A DNA stretch of 64,000 nucleotides from Schizochytrium sp. TIO01 (taxonomy: Eukaryota > Protista > Bigyra: Labyrinthulomycetes): assembly GCA_004764695.1 (NCBI GenBank), contig SMSO01000034.1, positions 744,001-808,000 of the forward strand. Reading direction: 5' to 3'. Position 1 is the stretch's first letter, and each line of letters opens with the position of its first letter. The notes under the pieces are model-generated. The model did not search any database, was not told where the DNA came from, and worked only from the letters and a program-made list of their open reading frames with translations. The position numbers and the translations under genes were made by a program. Shown piece after piece: positions 34,595 to 45,295 of this stretch.

Positions 34595-37558
34595 TTACAG
34601 ACTACGACACAAAGCTCCTGTGTCTGATGCGGTGTGCTGTGACATGTTTGATTGAAAGTCGATTCGTTCAAAAAATAATTGAAGAAACTCTTCAAACCTC
34701 TTCGGAAAAGGAACGAGAGGATTTGCGGAAGTGAATGCGCAAATAGCTACGAGTAGCTCACAAAAATCGCCTAAGAAAATTGAAGAAGAGTGGTTGAAAC
34801 GAAGATTTGCAAGTACCTCGTCCTCTAAAGCAACGCTTGCTTCCGAGGACAAATAGTTTTTTAGTTTATCCACAAATGGCTTCAAAGGAATACAAAAGAA
34901 TTCATCGACGGGATTACCTGCTGGTTTAGACTCAGTTCCAAACTTTTCATTCGAGACATCAGAAGCTAATTTTCCGAAGGCAGATGCTATGCGCTTAATT
35001 TCACTCCGTAGTAGGCTTGTCGTACTTTCATCCTGCCAAACAACCCTGCGTAAGCGTATATGCGAGGAATTAAGAGTGGGTATGTTCATCATGACGGCTT
35101 GGGGCGACATACCTTTACGACGCCTCATCGAAGCATGTTTGCCGCCTTGAGATGTCGCACCCGACTTCTGAGGCAAGTCCTTACTACTGGACATACTTTC
35201 CCTCCGCCCTGTCTGCTGGGCAAGCTCCTGAGAAGTTTCAACCTGACTATCTAGAAACGCACGCAGTGACGATATACGCTCATCCATCAATCTCGAAAGA
35301 TTAGCTGCTGGCGAGAGTCCCTGAAACATGGTATCACCCATGGAAAGAAGGCAGCGTACGAAGTGATGAGGGGATATTTTTCCATAAGTTCCTTGACATT
35401 GTAATCGCAAAATTTCACATGTTTTTTCCAACTGAAATGCAGAGTCTAGACCAGTATCACGACAAAACAAAATAAGTCCGTATGGTCGCATGCATGCATC
35501 GTCCCGAGGAGAGATTTCACTTGTTGCTTGAATTGCATAATAGTAGTAAGCTGTCTTGATGATCTCGTAGTGAGTCGCGAGAATTGTACTCACGGCCTCA
35601 TCTTCGCGTTTGGAAGGTGAGTAACCAGAGACAACTGTAAATTCAGCAAGAAGGCGCGCTTCCTTGTGGTTGGGTACCTCTACCCTATTTCCGCGCAGCC
35701 GCTCGAGCAAGAGAACCCATCCCACTGATTGCACTCGTTTGTGAACATTATTCCAAAGCCCTACTTTTTGATCACGTTCCCGAATACACCATCGCACTTT
35801 GCGTCTCGTCTCCTCGGTTCGGTTTACGAGTGATAACCATGTAGTTTCGTGACGAAGGTCGTATATTGAATTTCGTGCAACATAATCAGCGAGTGTTTCT
35901 TGCGCTAATGCGGCTTCCTTGATTACTTTGCGACATTCCTCCCATACAGGCTGTGGTCGTGATAAAGCAGGGAATGAGCAAAAGAGATAGGAGAGGATGC
36001 AGTATATGACATCATCAGTTCCTGTCAAAATGATATTCATGTTGATCATGTTCAGCGTTGGTATGCTTTGGAAGGCTTCCAAAACACAACCGAGCGTAGA
36101 TCCATTACAACGATTTTCGATTGCGTTTAAGTCGATTCCAGGGGGCTTGATGGCACAAAGAAGTTTCCAGAGAACTTCTCCATCTGCCATGTCAGTAGCA
36201 AAATTCTCTACTCTTTCATTAGGTACATGGAAGCGCACCCAACGTAGAAGAATCTCATTCACAGGCATTTCCATCAGAGAATCCAGATCTGTTGCTTCTT
36301 GCACAAGTAGTTCCAGATCAATAAAAGTTTCGTGTGATATTTCATTAAGTTGACTCTCAAGGGTTTGAAGTTCAAGTAAAATTATTGTATCACAGAGACT
36401 GAACCAAGCTGATGCGACTCTTTTTGCATTTGTATGTTGAAGTAACTGAGGCTCTGCATCTTCGCGGTTTTCCTCGATTTGCCCACGAAGCTCTGCCATC
36501 TCGTTGTGCAATTCGTTCAATCGTTCGTTCCACTCACTTACATCATCTGCTGCTCTTTTAATTAAAGTGTCAAGTTCTCGTTTTGATGCTTGTAAAGCGC
36601 TGTATCTTGCATCAATTTCTCGCATCTCGTTTAGAGCGCGGGTCCGTTTTGCATCTGCAGTAAGGTTCTTCCAGGCTATAAAGATTTGTTTTGCCTTGGT
36701 TTTGCTCACCCTTGCGAAACAGTGATTAAGCAGTTCGCGTTGCTTTTTCCGTGCCAGGGTAACGTTCTTCCAGACTCGAAACATACTAGTTAATAGAGAG
36801 CGCTGCCATTGTTTTGCTGTTTTTTCCATGAGCATTTGTTTCTTCAGTAACTCCTTTTGCATAGTCGCTTCAAGAGAATTCCACCGCTCAATTTCACTTT
36901 GAAGAAGATTTTTTTTATGCAAAAGCCTAGTAGCTGCAACTCCGTAGAATTTTGCTGGAGTAGCTTGCTCGACTAAATATTGGACAAGTTCTGCAAAATT
37001 TTGGTTTTTACACAGGCATCGCTCGACGATCTCCGACACGATGTCCCGACGAAATGAACTTTGAATCAATTTTTGCAAAAGTGATTGCCCGAGGCCACTG
37101 CTCATATGTGCTAAAGATTGTGAAAGAGAACCAAGAACAATAAAAGCACACGCGGCCTGGAAAGGATTGCCTGGTCCAAGCGAATGAGGATTTGCTGATG
37201 TACGAGATTTCTCTAGAATATTGCACCAAAAGCTGAACAAGTTTTTATCCACATTTGCTGTTTGGGCTTCTATGCCAAACTCTTCCTCGTAGTTCCTGTT
37301 ATCATCATTTTGTTTGTTTGTCATTGGTTGGTTATCCTTTACAGTACATGAAAGAAAGGACGGTTTCAACCCGGAATCTAAATTTTGCGAGGACTGCTTG
37401 CATTTCGCTAGATGAGGCACAAACTCATCGCCACCATGCACTAGTACTTCACAAAGGAAGCGAGGCTCGTTATCAGTCATGGAGAGTGAGTGTATCTTTC
37501 TAGGTGACCGTAGTCCAAGGCGAGTTGGCCGATTGCCCTCGGGTCGTCCTGGTCGCAT
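34595..37558 (-). CDS. Calponin-homology domain protein with Sfi1-like repeats and coiled coil (probable centriole/flagellar protein)
   Basis: CH motif EILLRWVRFH...VENFATDMADGEVLWKLL. Sfi1-like units LTSMFRVWKNVT and AKQIFIAWKNLT, followed by a coiled coil. Degenerate EF-hand-like helices toward the C-terminus. First ATG at 37558. Confidence 0.7.
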   Translation of the reverse strand: MRPGRPEGNRPTRLGLRSPRKIHSLSMTDNEPRFLCEVLVHGGDEFVPHLAKCKQSSQNLDSGLKPSFLSCTVKDNQPMTNKQNDDNRNYEEEFGIEAQTANVDKNLFSFWCNILEKSRTSANPHSLGPGNPFQAACAFIVLGSLSQSLAHMSSGLGQSLLQKLIQSSFRRDIVSEIVERCLCKNQNFAELVQYLVEQATPAKFYGVAATRLLHKKNLLQSEIERWNSLEATMQKELLKKQMLMEKTAKQWQRSLLTSMFRVWKNVTLARKKQRELLNHCFARVSKTKAKQIFIAWKNLTADAKRTRALNEMREIDARYSALQASKRELDTLIKRAADDVSEWNERLNELHNEMAELRGQIEENREDAEPQLLQHTNAKRVASAWFSLCDTIILLELQTLESQLNEISHETFIDLELLVQEATDLDSLMEMPVNEILLRWVRFHVPNERVENFATDMADGEVLWKLLCAIKPPGIDLNAIENRCNGSTLGCVLEAFQSIPTLNMINMNIILTGTDDVIYCILSYLFCSFPALSRPQPVWEECRKVIKEAALAQETLADYVARNSIYDLRHETTWLSLVNRTEETRRKVRWCIRERDQKVGLWNNVHKRVQSVGWVLLLERLRGNRVEVPNHKEARLLAEFTVVSGYSPSKREDEAVSTILATHYEIIKTAYYYYAIQATSEISPRDDACMRPYGLILFCRDTGLDSAFQLEKTCEILRLQCQGTYGKISPHHFVRCLLSMGDTMFQGLSPAANLSRLMDERISSLRAFLDSQVETSQELAQQTGRRESMSSSKDLPQKSGATSQGGKHASMRRRKGMSPQAVMMNIPTLNSSHIRLRRVVWQDESTTSLLRSEIKRIASAFGKLASDVSNEKFGTESKPAGNPVDEFFCIPLKPFVDKLKNYLSSEASVALEDEVLANLRFNHSSSIFLGDFCELLVAICAFTSANPLVPFPKRFEEFLQLFFERIDFQSNMSQHTASDTGALCRSL

Positions 37559-38966
37559 TGCGCTCAACAGGTATTTGCGAACCTTCTGTTTTGGGAAATC
37601 TAATACAATTGCAAGGAAGAGTCACACGCGCCCACGACCTCCAGACGTTTTCGTTTCTTTCTTCGTTTCGTTGCTGCGTGTAACTCGAGGTTTTGAGACG
37701 GTTTATAATTGTTGAAGACTCAAACAAAAGTACACACCTCTACAAAGAATTTGTTGGTGAGAACTAAGCGTGTATTAAAATATTAATTAATAAATCCGCA
37801 TCCCTGGTACTAATAATCATGCTCCTAGTAGCGCATAATTTCTTTCAAGAAACAAATATAAATAAATATAGACTATAGGTAAATGGAATTATTACATTTA
37901 AATAATCAAAAAATGATTATGATAAAAAATCAACTTGGAGTGAACTCAAGATCAAATAAGAAATCATGATGATATTAAACAAAAAAGAACAAAAGGGAAA
38001 CAGAGCGATAAACCCTTAATTTTACTTGCTTCGCCAGTGATTCATTTTGGACCTTATCTTTCTGCAAATAATTTGTACTGCTGTATTAAATGTTCTGGTG
38101 ACAGCTATAATATTTACAAGCAAAGTCGGAAAATTCTTTCATCAAATGTTACTGTGCTTACCATTCGAAGATTTAAATATCATCTTTCTGAAATCTTTGC
38201 GACTGCGATGTGCGTTATACTTAGTTCTCCAGATGTTTCACCTATAGACCTAAATATTAAAAAGAATGAAATCAAGCGAAGGAGGTCGAATTATCCCCAA
38301 TAGTTGGACAGCAAGTAAGAAACTTTTAAGACATGTAACCAACTGTGCAATAATTGATGATATATGCTTTTAGGGTCCATGCCTACATTCATTTTTCAGT
38401 ATCGGGCTACAGTCCATTCCAACTATTCAAAAACAGTCCCACCCACTATAATTCTTCGAGATTTCAATCTGGGTGTGGTTCTTTATGAAAAAGGTGCGTG
38501 CATCAGCATGCAGTGTCTATGGTTGTAACCTATCCTTGGCTTGAAAAAATAAACTCCGAAATGAATGAACAAACAGACAGACAAGAAAACGTAATGCACG
38601 CGTCAAGAATACAGATAACCAACAAATAAAGCCAAGAGGAAGATATATTTCTTTTGCAGTAGATGATGTACATCATGAATGAGAGATGTGAGGTTACTGA
38701 GAGTTAACCTGCAACTATCTCTTTCATGAAACTCGTTTACATGTGTATATATAGTTTTTTTTCACCGAGCGGCATACGAAAGGGGAACATGTGCAGATCA
38801 TGAAGTATTGCTGAATAAGCTTTATAACATCACAACGAAAGAACAATCCTGGCGCAGCGCGTCGTAGTAACAGTGACGCTGGCGTCTTTGCTATTCCGCC
38901 TTTTCTTCAACTTCTTTTGTTTGTTTTTCTTTTAAAAGAAACACAGTGGTTTTGTAGGTAGGGTAC

Positions 38967-41642
38967 TTACAGTTGGTCAAGGAGTGCAAGAGAGTAATCA
39001 CTCTTGACAATTTCAGCTAGACGAGACCGTATCCCATCATAGCACTTGCGAAATTCGAAGATAGGAACAGATTCGCGAAGAAACTCGACCATATAGGTTC
39101 CAGGACCAACAAGGAAGATGCGCACAGAAAGCACCTTCATGTCTCTACGGAATATATACAACTGGAAGGCATCATAGTCAACTATAACTCTGTCACGTCC
39201 CTCAGGATTAGATTGAACAATTTGCTCGATTCGAGAGAGGACCTCATTCGCAGGAACACAGGTACTGAAGCGGGTTGATCGCTTCACTACATCCTTGAAC
39301 TCTTGAATTTGACCTGGTTCAGTTGGTGAAAGGGGCATAACCGGTGCCACAGGGCCTTCCAAGCTACCCCGGACCCGTTCAAGTTCGTCTTGTTGGCGTC
39401 TAAGATTGTAACAGGCTGATGGTGATGGGGACGAGGAAAGAGGCCCATTCCTGCATTGCTCAGAAAAGGAGCATGCGGCTCCAAATTGAGCTTGGGAGAG
39501 ATGTTGTTGGATAATTCCACAACCATTGCCCCTCATCGATTCAGGAGTGTTATCTGATTGTAGCCGAGGGGGGGGAGACAGCGATCGGTGCAGGCGACGT
39601 TCCATAAAAGATCCAGGGCTCTTGCAAAGAGGTTCCAAGTTTAATGTTGGAGGGGCATCAGGACCGTTTCGTCCATGATATCTACGGGGAGCCAAAGGCG
39701 GAGATTGGAAAACAGGTCGCACTCGAGATCGCATAGGCAAAGCCTGGGAGGGTGGTGGGACATGCACGGGCATTGGTTGGTGATGTGACTGGTGAAGAGA
39801 TTCCGCAGGTTCTTCGTCTTGTTGAGCGAGCTCAAATTTATCTACATTTGCACTAAGGTCATCTATAAGGCGAGGGGATGGAGGTTTTTCTTGGACAGTA
39901 GCTCCACTTGAGCACGGCAACAGTCTGTCTGAACTATCTCTCCTTTCCCTGACATCGTTTTCATCATCATCCTCATCATCATCCTCGTCATCCTCGTCAT
40001 CATCTTCTTCGTCATCCTCGTCATCGTGATAAAGCTCGTCCATTTCATCAAAAAATGATTCAGCTTCCTCTTCTTCTTCTTCACATGAAAGACCAGGTGC
40101 GGAAACCGGCAACGAGGCATCATCTACCCAGGGGTGAATTTGGGCTTCCCAAACAGTCATACGGGTCTCAGGATCTGGGTCGAGGAGGCCAGACAACAAA
40201 TCAATAACAGCTGGGTTAAGGTGCCGCGGGAAAAACAAAGTAGGAAAATCTGCAATTGCAGACGCAGATATTGTATCTAATCCGGTGTTTGAAGAGGCAG
40301 ATGCTCCTTCCGCCTTGGCATGATCAAGCGCAGGATGCTGCATCATTTCCTTCTGTGCGCGTTTCCAAGCACGAAAATGAGCAAAGCGAGGACAGCGAAA
40401 GAGATCTTTGCCAAATGGAAGATTGCCGTTGAGAAGAGCATAGAGAATCACACCAAGTGACCAAGAGTCAGCCTTCCCGCCGTCGTAACCCTCACCACTT
40501 CTTTCGAGCACTTCCGGAGCAACGTAATGTGGGGACCCCACGACACTCATAAGACGTCGAATAGGGTATGGACGGCCTCCGTTTTCTAAGTCTTCATCTT
40601 GCTGCCGTCCTTGACTTTGGTTCGCATCCATACACAGCGCAGAAAGACCAAAGTCTGCAATTTTTAGGACGGCACCATCATCGTGATCTGCAAGAAGAAG
40701 ATTTTCTGGTTTAAGGTCGCGGTGTGCTAATCCTCGCGAATGACAATACGCAACGCCAGACAATAGTTGACGGAAATAATGGAGTGCGGTTTGTTCGTCG
40801 CAGCCCTCATCAACTCGGATTCTATCAAACAGTTCACCACCCGACGCTAACTCGAGAACCAGAAATAAAGTGGACTTGGATTCCTGCACAAGTTCGAGGA
40901 CTTCGAATAATTGAAGAACGTTTTCGTGACCACGTATTTTTTGCATGTTGCGAATTTCATTGCAAGTTTGCTGGCGCTGTCTCAAGAATTGCATATACTT
41001 CAGAGGCACACGGGGCAAAGTGATAGAACATCCCAGTGAAGTAACAGTATGCTTTGTCATGAAATTAGAGGGTTCAAGAGAATCAAGATCGGTACCATAA
41101 ATACTCATGCACTGTTTGAGCGTGAGTTCTCGAAGCTGACCCGACCTACGGTCCATAGCTGCTGCAACAACTTGCTTTGATCCAGGATGCACAAGCCAGT
41201 GAACGTCCGCCTCTGTAAGTTCAGATAACGTACTATCCTGATGGGCTCGTGAAGACTGCAAATTCGATGCGTTATATTCACTGGAGGCTTCCTCTCCGTT
41301 GGCATTTGCTGCTGCCGATTTTGAAGCAGGTGAAGAAAGTGGGAATGAAGCACAAGATCCACCATCTTTGTCTTGGCTAAGCTGATCACGAGGTTCTTCC
41401 TCCTCAGGACTAGAGATTCCAGTTCGTGCGTTAACGTAGCGTGTTAGTGCAGAAGATCTAACTAGCTTGAGGTGACTGGAATGCAATATTTTCAAGGCAA
41501 GATGTTCCCTTGTGATGGCGTGGACACATTCATATACAACACCAGATGACCCGCCACCGAGATAATTTCCAAGCTCGTAAGCATCTTTGTCATCCACTTG
41601 GATGGTTTGTCCATCGTATTTGCTAATTCTCCGCGTTTCCAT
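38967..41642 (-). CDS. CAMK-group Ser/Thr kinase with large N-lobe insertion and CIPK/KA1-like C-terminal domain
   Basis: LGGGSSGVV, ALK, LELASGGELFDRI, HRDLKPENLL, DFG, GSPHYVAPE and YDGGKADSWSLGV. Acidic D/E tract. C-terminal KRSTRFSTCVPANEVLSRIE...YMVEFLR. First ATG at 41642. Confidence 0.93.
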   Translation of the reverse strand: METRRISKYDGQTIQVDDKDAYELGNYLGGGSSGVVYECVHAITREHLALKILHSSHLKLVRSSALTRYVNARTGISSPEEEEPRDQLSQDKDGGSCASFPLSSPASKSAAANANGEEASSEYNASNLQSSRAHQDSTLSELTEADVHWLVHPGSKQVVAAAMDRRSGQLRELTLKQCMSIYGTDLDSLEPSNFMTKHTVTSLGCSITLPRVPLKYMQFLRQRQQTCNEIRNMQKIRGHENVLQLFEVLELVQESKSTLFLVLELASGGELFDRIRVDEGCDEQTALHYFRQLLSGVAYCHSRGLAHRDLKPENLLLADHDDGAVLKIADFGLSALCMDANQSQGRQQDEDLENGGRPYPIRRLMSVVGSPHYVAPEVLERSGEGYDGGKADSWSLGVILYALLNGNLPFGKDLFRCPRFAHFRAWKRAQKEMMQHPALDHAKAEGASASSNTGLDTISASAIADFPTLFFPRHLNPAVIDLLSGLLDPDPETRMTVWEAQIHPWVDDASLPVSAPGLSCEEEEEEAESFFDEMDELYHDDEDDEEDDDEDDEDDDEDDDENDVRERRDSSDRLLPCSSGATVQEKPPSPRLIDDLSANVDKFELAQQDEEPAESLHQSHHQPMPVHVPPPSQALPMRSRVRPVFQSPPLAPRRYHGRNGPDAPPTLNLEPLCKSPGSFMERRLHRSLSPPPRLQSDNTPESMRGNGCGIIQQHLSQAQFGAACSFSEQCRNGPLSSSPSPSACYNLRRQQDELERVRGSLEGPVAPVMPLSPTEPGQIQEFKDVVKRSTRFSTCVPANEVLSRIEQIVQSNPEGRDRVIVDYDAFQLYIFRRDMKVLSVRIFLVGPGTYMVEFLRESVPIFEFRKCYDGIRSRLAEIVKSDYSLALLDQL

Positions 41643-41864
41643 GGCGATAGCTAGCGTCGAAGGACGCTCACTCCACTGAGGAACGCAGTCAATAAACAAC
41701 GAATAAACAGACTGCCTCCTTCACTTCGTTCGCGAAGGGAGAGTCTCTCGTCCTGTTGGAGAAGCGAACGTCCCCTTGGCCTCCGAACCTGCGTGGGCCT
41801 ATCTGCTCCGGATGCCCCGGCCTGGCCCCCTGCTCGCCCGCTTCTCTCCGTCGCCTTCGCTTGC

Positions 41865-41894
41865 TTGTTTGTTTGTTTGTTTGTTTGTTTGTTT
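41865..41894 (+). repeat. (TTTG)n microsatellite
   Basis: Directly visible. Confidence 0.9.
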
Positions 41895-41979
41895 ATTAAA
41901 CTTATGCTTCGACGTGCTCTCACTGATCAGAAGAGTCTGCGTCTAAAGGAGAGAGAAGAAAGGAAGAAGAGAGAGAAAA

Positions 41980-41980
<1 letters not shown>

Positions 41981-42056
<76 letters not shown>
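41981..42056 (+). repeat. (AAAG)~19 microsatellite
   Basis: Directly visible. Confidence 0.95.
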
Positions 42057-42888
42057 GGCAAATAAAGTGGGTATACACCTAATACCTGGTATAGGGTTGC
42101 TAGAGGTGAGGTATTATAGTAAACTGTAAGTAGACGTTGCATAGATAGATCGACTGAGTTTCTTTCTAGGCAAACCCTTCTGCTGTTTTCTCTAGAACTG
42201 TGACTATTTTGCAAAGGAAATAGCCTACTAGTAGGTACCTACTTATCTGCTTAGCTGCCACTACTTAGTAGGAAGGGCATGTAGTATCTATCATATACTG
42301 TGTAGCAGTTTAGAGATATTCTACGATAGCTAGTTAGCTTACTATGTAGTTGTTAACGCGCGCGCGCGGCGGAGAAAGAGAAAGAAGCGGAGAGGGCAAC
42401 AGAGAGAGAGAGAGAGAGCGAGAAGACAAGAGAAGAGCGAGAAGAGAAGAGAAGAGCGAGCGAGAATTGAGAGATTCTGACTCGGATGAACTGGGAGAAC
42501 TGGAGAAGAGTTGCATGCATGAGGAGTGAGGAAGGAGGATCGTGAGGTCTTCAACCGAATTCCAAATAGGAGTTGCCTCTGACTAGTGAGAAGGAGAGAG
42601 AGGTGAGAGAATCGAGAGAATTGGGAGAGTTGAAAAAGAGGACTCGGAAAAAGAGAGCAGTACCGAAGGCAAAGAAAGAAAGAAAGAAAGAAAGAAAGAA
42701 CTCGAGAGAATATTATATGTATACATACCATACATACACACTGACAGACATTCTGACATAACATAGGTGAAGAACCCAGACAAACAAGGAGAGGAGAGGG
42801 GAGGAAAGGAGACGCAACAGAGCAACGAAAGAAGGACCCACGAGATGGAAGGAAAGAAGAAATACAAGGGCCCAAGAGTTGAGTGAGC

Positions 42889-42963
<75 letters not shown>
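42889..42963 (+). repeat. (AGT)25 microsatellite
   Basis: Directly visible perfect trinucleotide run. Confidence 0.95.
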
Positions 42964-42967
<4 letters not shown>

Positions 42968-43563
42968 TTGTTAAGGATACTAGCAGGGGTCCACCTAGGT
43001 GCCTACTAGTAGAGTAGTGCTCGAAGAAAGGAAGCAACGAGCGAAGAATGAGGAAAATAGGAAGAAACAAAACGACTCAGTATTTCGTAAGGACTCAAAG
43101 TGCTACCTATGCCTGCCTACCTAGGGGGCAGGTATAAAAAGAAAGCAACTAACTCCAGGCACAATACATACTCTTATCTTCTCTAGTTCTTCAAGTTCCC
43201 CAGATCAGTTCTAAATGATGTATTTATTTATTCATTTATTTCAGACACGTCAAAGCACAATCGCAGTAGAGGAGGGATATATACTAACAATGTTATAATG
43301 CCATGCCCACTGCAGTCTTTGGTGCCTCTGGCTTTTGTCGTTTGTTTACAAGAGAGCTAAGGCACCTGAATCGAAGAACTCTCAGTCCAAAAAGTATGTA
43401 GTATTAGGCAGGCATCCTACCTAATTGCCTACTACTAGTACTACTACTACTCAGCCTCGCTTTCGTTTGTCTTCTTCTCGTTATCTGTGGGATCTATAGG
43501 TATTTCCGCCTTTCTCAAGTTGTCATCGCGCCTGCTCGCCGCCTTGCGCGTGCGTCTTCTTCT

Positions 43564-43602
43564 CTTCGCAACCCGAACTTCGCAACCCGAACTTCGCAAC
43601 CC
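43564..43602 (+). repeat. 14-bp tandem repeat CTTCGCAACCCGAA x2.8
   Basis: Directly visible within a GC-rich patch. Confidence 0.9.
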
Positions 43603-44131
43603 AAAGCGGGAACGGAGAGAGGAGAGAGACTTACTAGGTACCTAACAGGTAGCTAGCAGGTCTAGCAATGATTGACCCCAAAGCGCGAATGGCTGCTTTG
43701 CTTTGTCGAGAGTTAACTCGTCACCAAGAGCCCAAGTCAGCTCATGTCGCCATGTTTCACTATTATTGTTTTTGTTATTATTTTCATACTATGATGGTTG
43801 CAAGCTGAGGTCCTATTCTTGAAATAAAAATTGAATTGGTAATAACAAAATTTGAAAACTAGAAACTAGCCTGCGTTACAATTTTTACGGAAACTAACTA
43901 TTTTTCTCACTACTAGTCGGAGATATTACGTGAAAACTTTTAGCAATAAGCCAACTTTAAAACTGTAGATACCCTAACTGGGTTGATAGGTAGTCAACTT
44001 TAATGTATTTCTCACTTTCGTAGTAGGTAGGGTATCCAGGTAGTATAAGAGAGTAATCTTATGAGATAGCACTACATCGGTGGGTAGGGCAAAATTGATT
44101 ACCATGAAGAGGTACGTCTAGCTAGAGACAT

Positions 44132-44201
44132 GATTATTCTGGCTTTGGGCTTTTAACCAAGCCAAACGTTTTTGATGAGTTACCTCTGACTGGCGAAAGT
44201 G
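44132..44201 (+). repeat. Copy of dispersed ~70-bp repeat
   Basis: GATTATTCTGGCTTTGGGCTTTTAACCAAG...GAGTTACCTCTGACTGGCGAAAGTG. Confidence 0.65.
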
Positions 44202-44402
44202 GTTCATTAGAGAGAAAGAAAAACATCTCAGTACCTACCCTCTGTAGTGCGGAGTGCAAACGAAATCGCAGTTGAGTAGGAATCGGAGAAAACTAATTTC
44301 AGGATGTTCCTAGGGTCATGAAACTACCTACCTAATGTGCATAACCAGACTGATGTTACTTGTGTAAAACTCATATCGCTCATATCAATGACTCTTCTGA
44401 GT

Positions 44403-44470
44403 GATTATTTTGGCTTGGGTTTTACCTAGGTTAAAAGTTTTTAGTGATTAACCTCTAATTTGTAAGAGTG
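44403..44470 (+). repeat. Copy of dispersed ~70-bp repeat
   Basis: GATTATTTTGGCTTGGGTTTTACCTAGGTTAAAAG...TAACCTCTAATTTGTAAGAGTG. Confidence 0.65.
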
Positions 44471-45295
44471 CCAATCACTCGAGGTTAGTCTAGTAGCACT
44501 CATAATTACTAAATCTAGAATGCAAAAAGCTTCCGTACTTGTGGTTCTTAGAAAATATGTCGCAAGGCCCATGTGTTATTCCACTAGTTCTTCTTTACCA
44601 CTACTAGTTGCGAAATGACCCAAGTCAAAACGAAGCTCTCGTGCCTAAGTTGACTAGCTAGCATAGAAATATCTACGTTTTTTTGCCTAAACGGACAAAG
44701 ATACTGCGTTCTCTTGATTAAACGCTGAAGACGTGCAGCTGTTTCAAAAAGAGTTAGAAAAAGAAAAGAATTTAGAGCACACTTCGAGTTTGGTGATTTC
44801 ATTAATATAGTCAACCTTGTCAAGGCCGTCAAAAGCTGCAGTGCCTCATCTTGAAAGCCAGATTACCGTTTACTAGAGAAAAGTTTGATGCCTAAAACGT
44901 CAAATGAAAAGCCAACGATTTCACAAAGGGACTCAACTATGCGCAACTTCGGTGAGTGAATTAAGAAACACTTTCATCTACTTATAATGGAAAACCAGGG
45001 TTATCAGCATGCTATCGTTGATTGTATGATACAAGACTCGCTTTTGACGGGGAAGATCGATTCATAAATTGCACTTGAAGCGGACTTCGATGGAAAAAGA
45101 GAGTTCTGATGCTGCAACCTAATGAAATTGCATTGCATCACCACGGACGTACTTATATGGTAGTTTAGAACCCGTATAGCTCTCTTCTATATGAGATATC
45201 ATTTTCTGGGTTTTGTGCCAATTGCGTGATACATCAATCCCTACCCCATCCCCAACCCATTCACGATGCAAACAATAAACAATTCAATTTATTTC

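Noticed and set aside
42342-43070. 242-aa hydrophobic minus-strand ORF with poly-Leu
   Set aside because: Translation of (AGT)25 and GA-rich microsatellites.
43564-43602. Short direct repeats as a possible CRISPR array
   Set aside because: Contiguous 14-bp units without spacers, no cas genes, and eukaryotic context.
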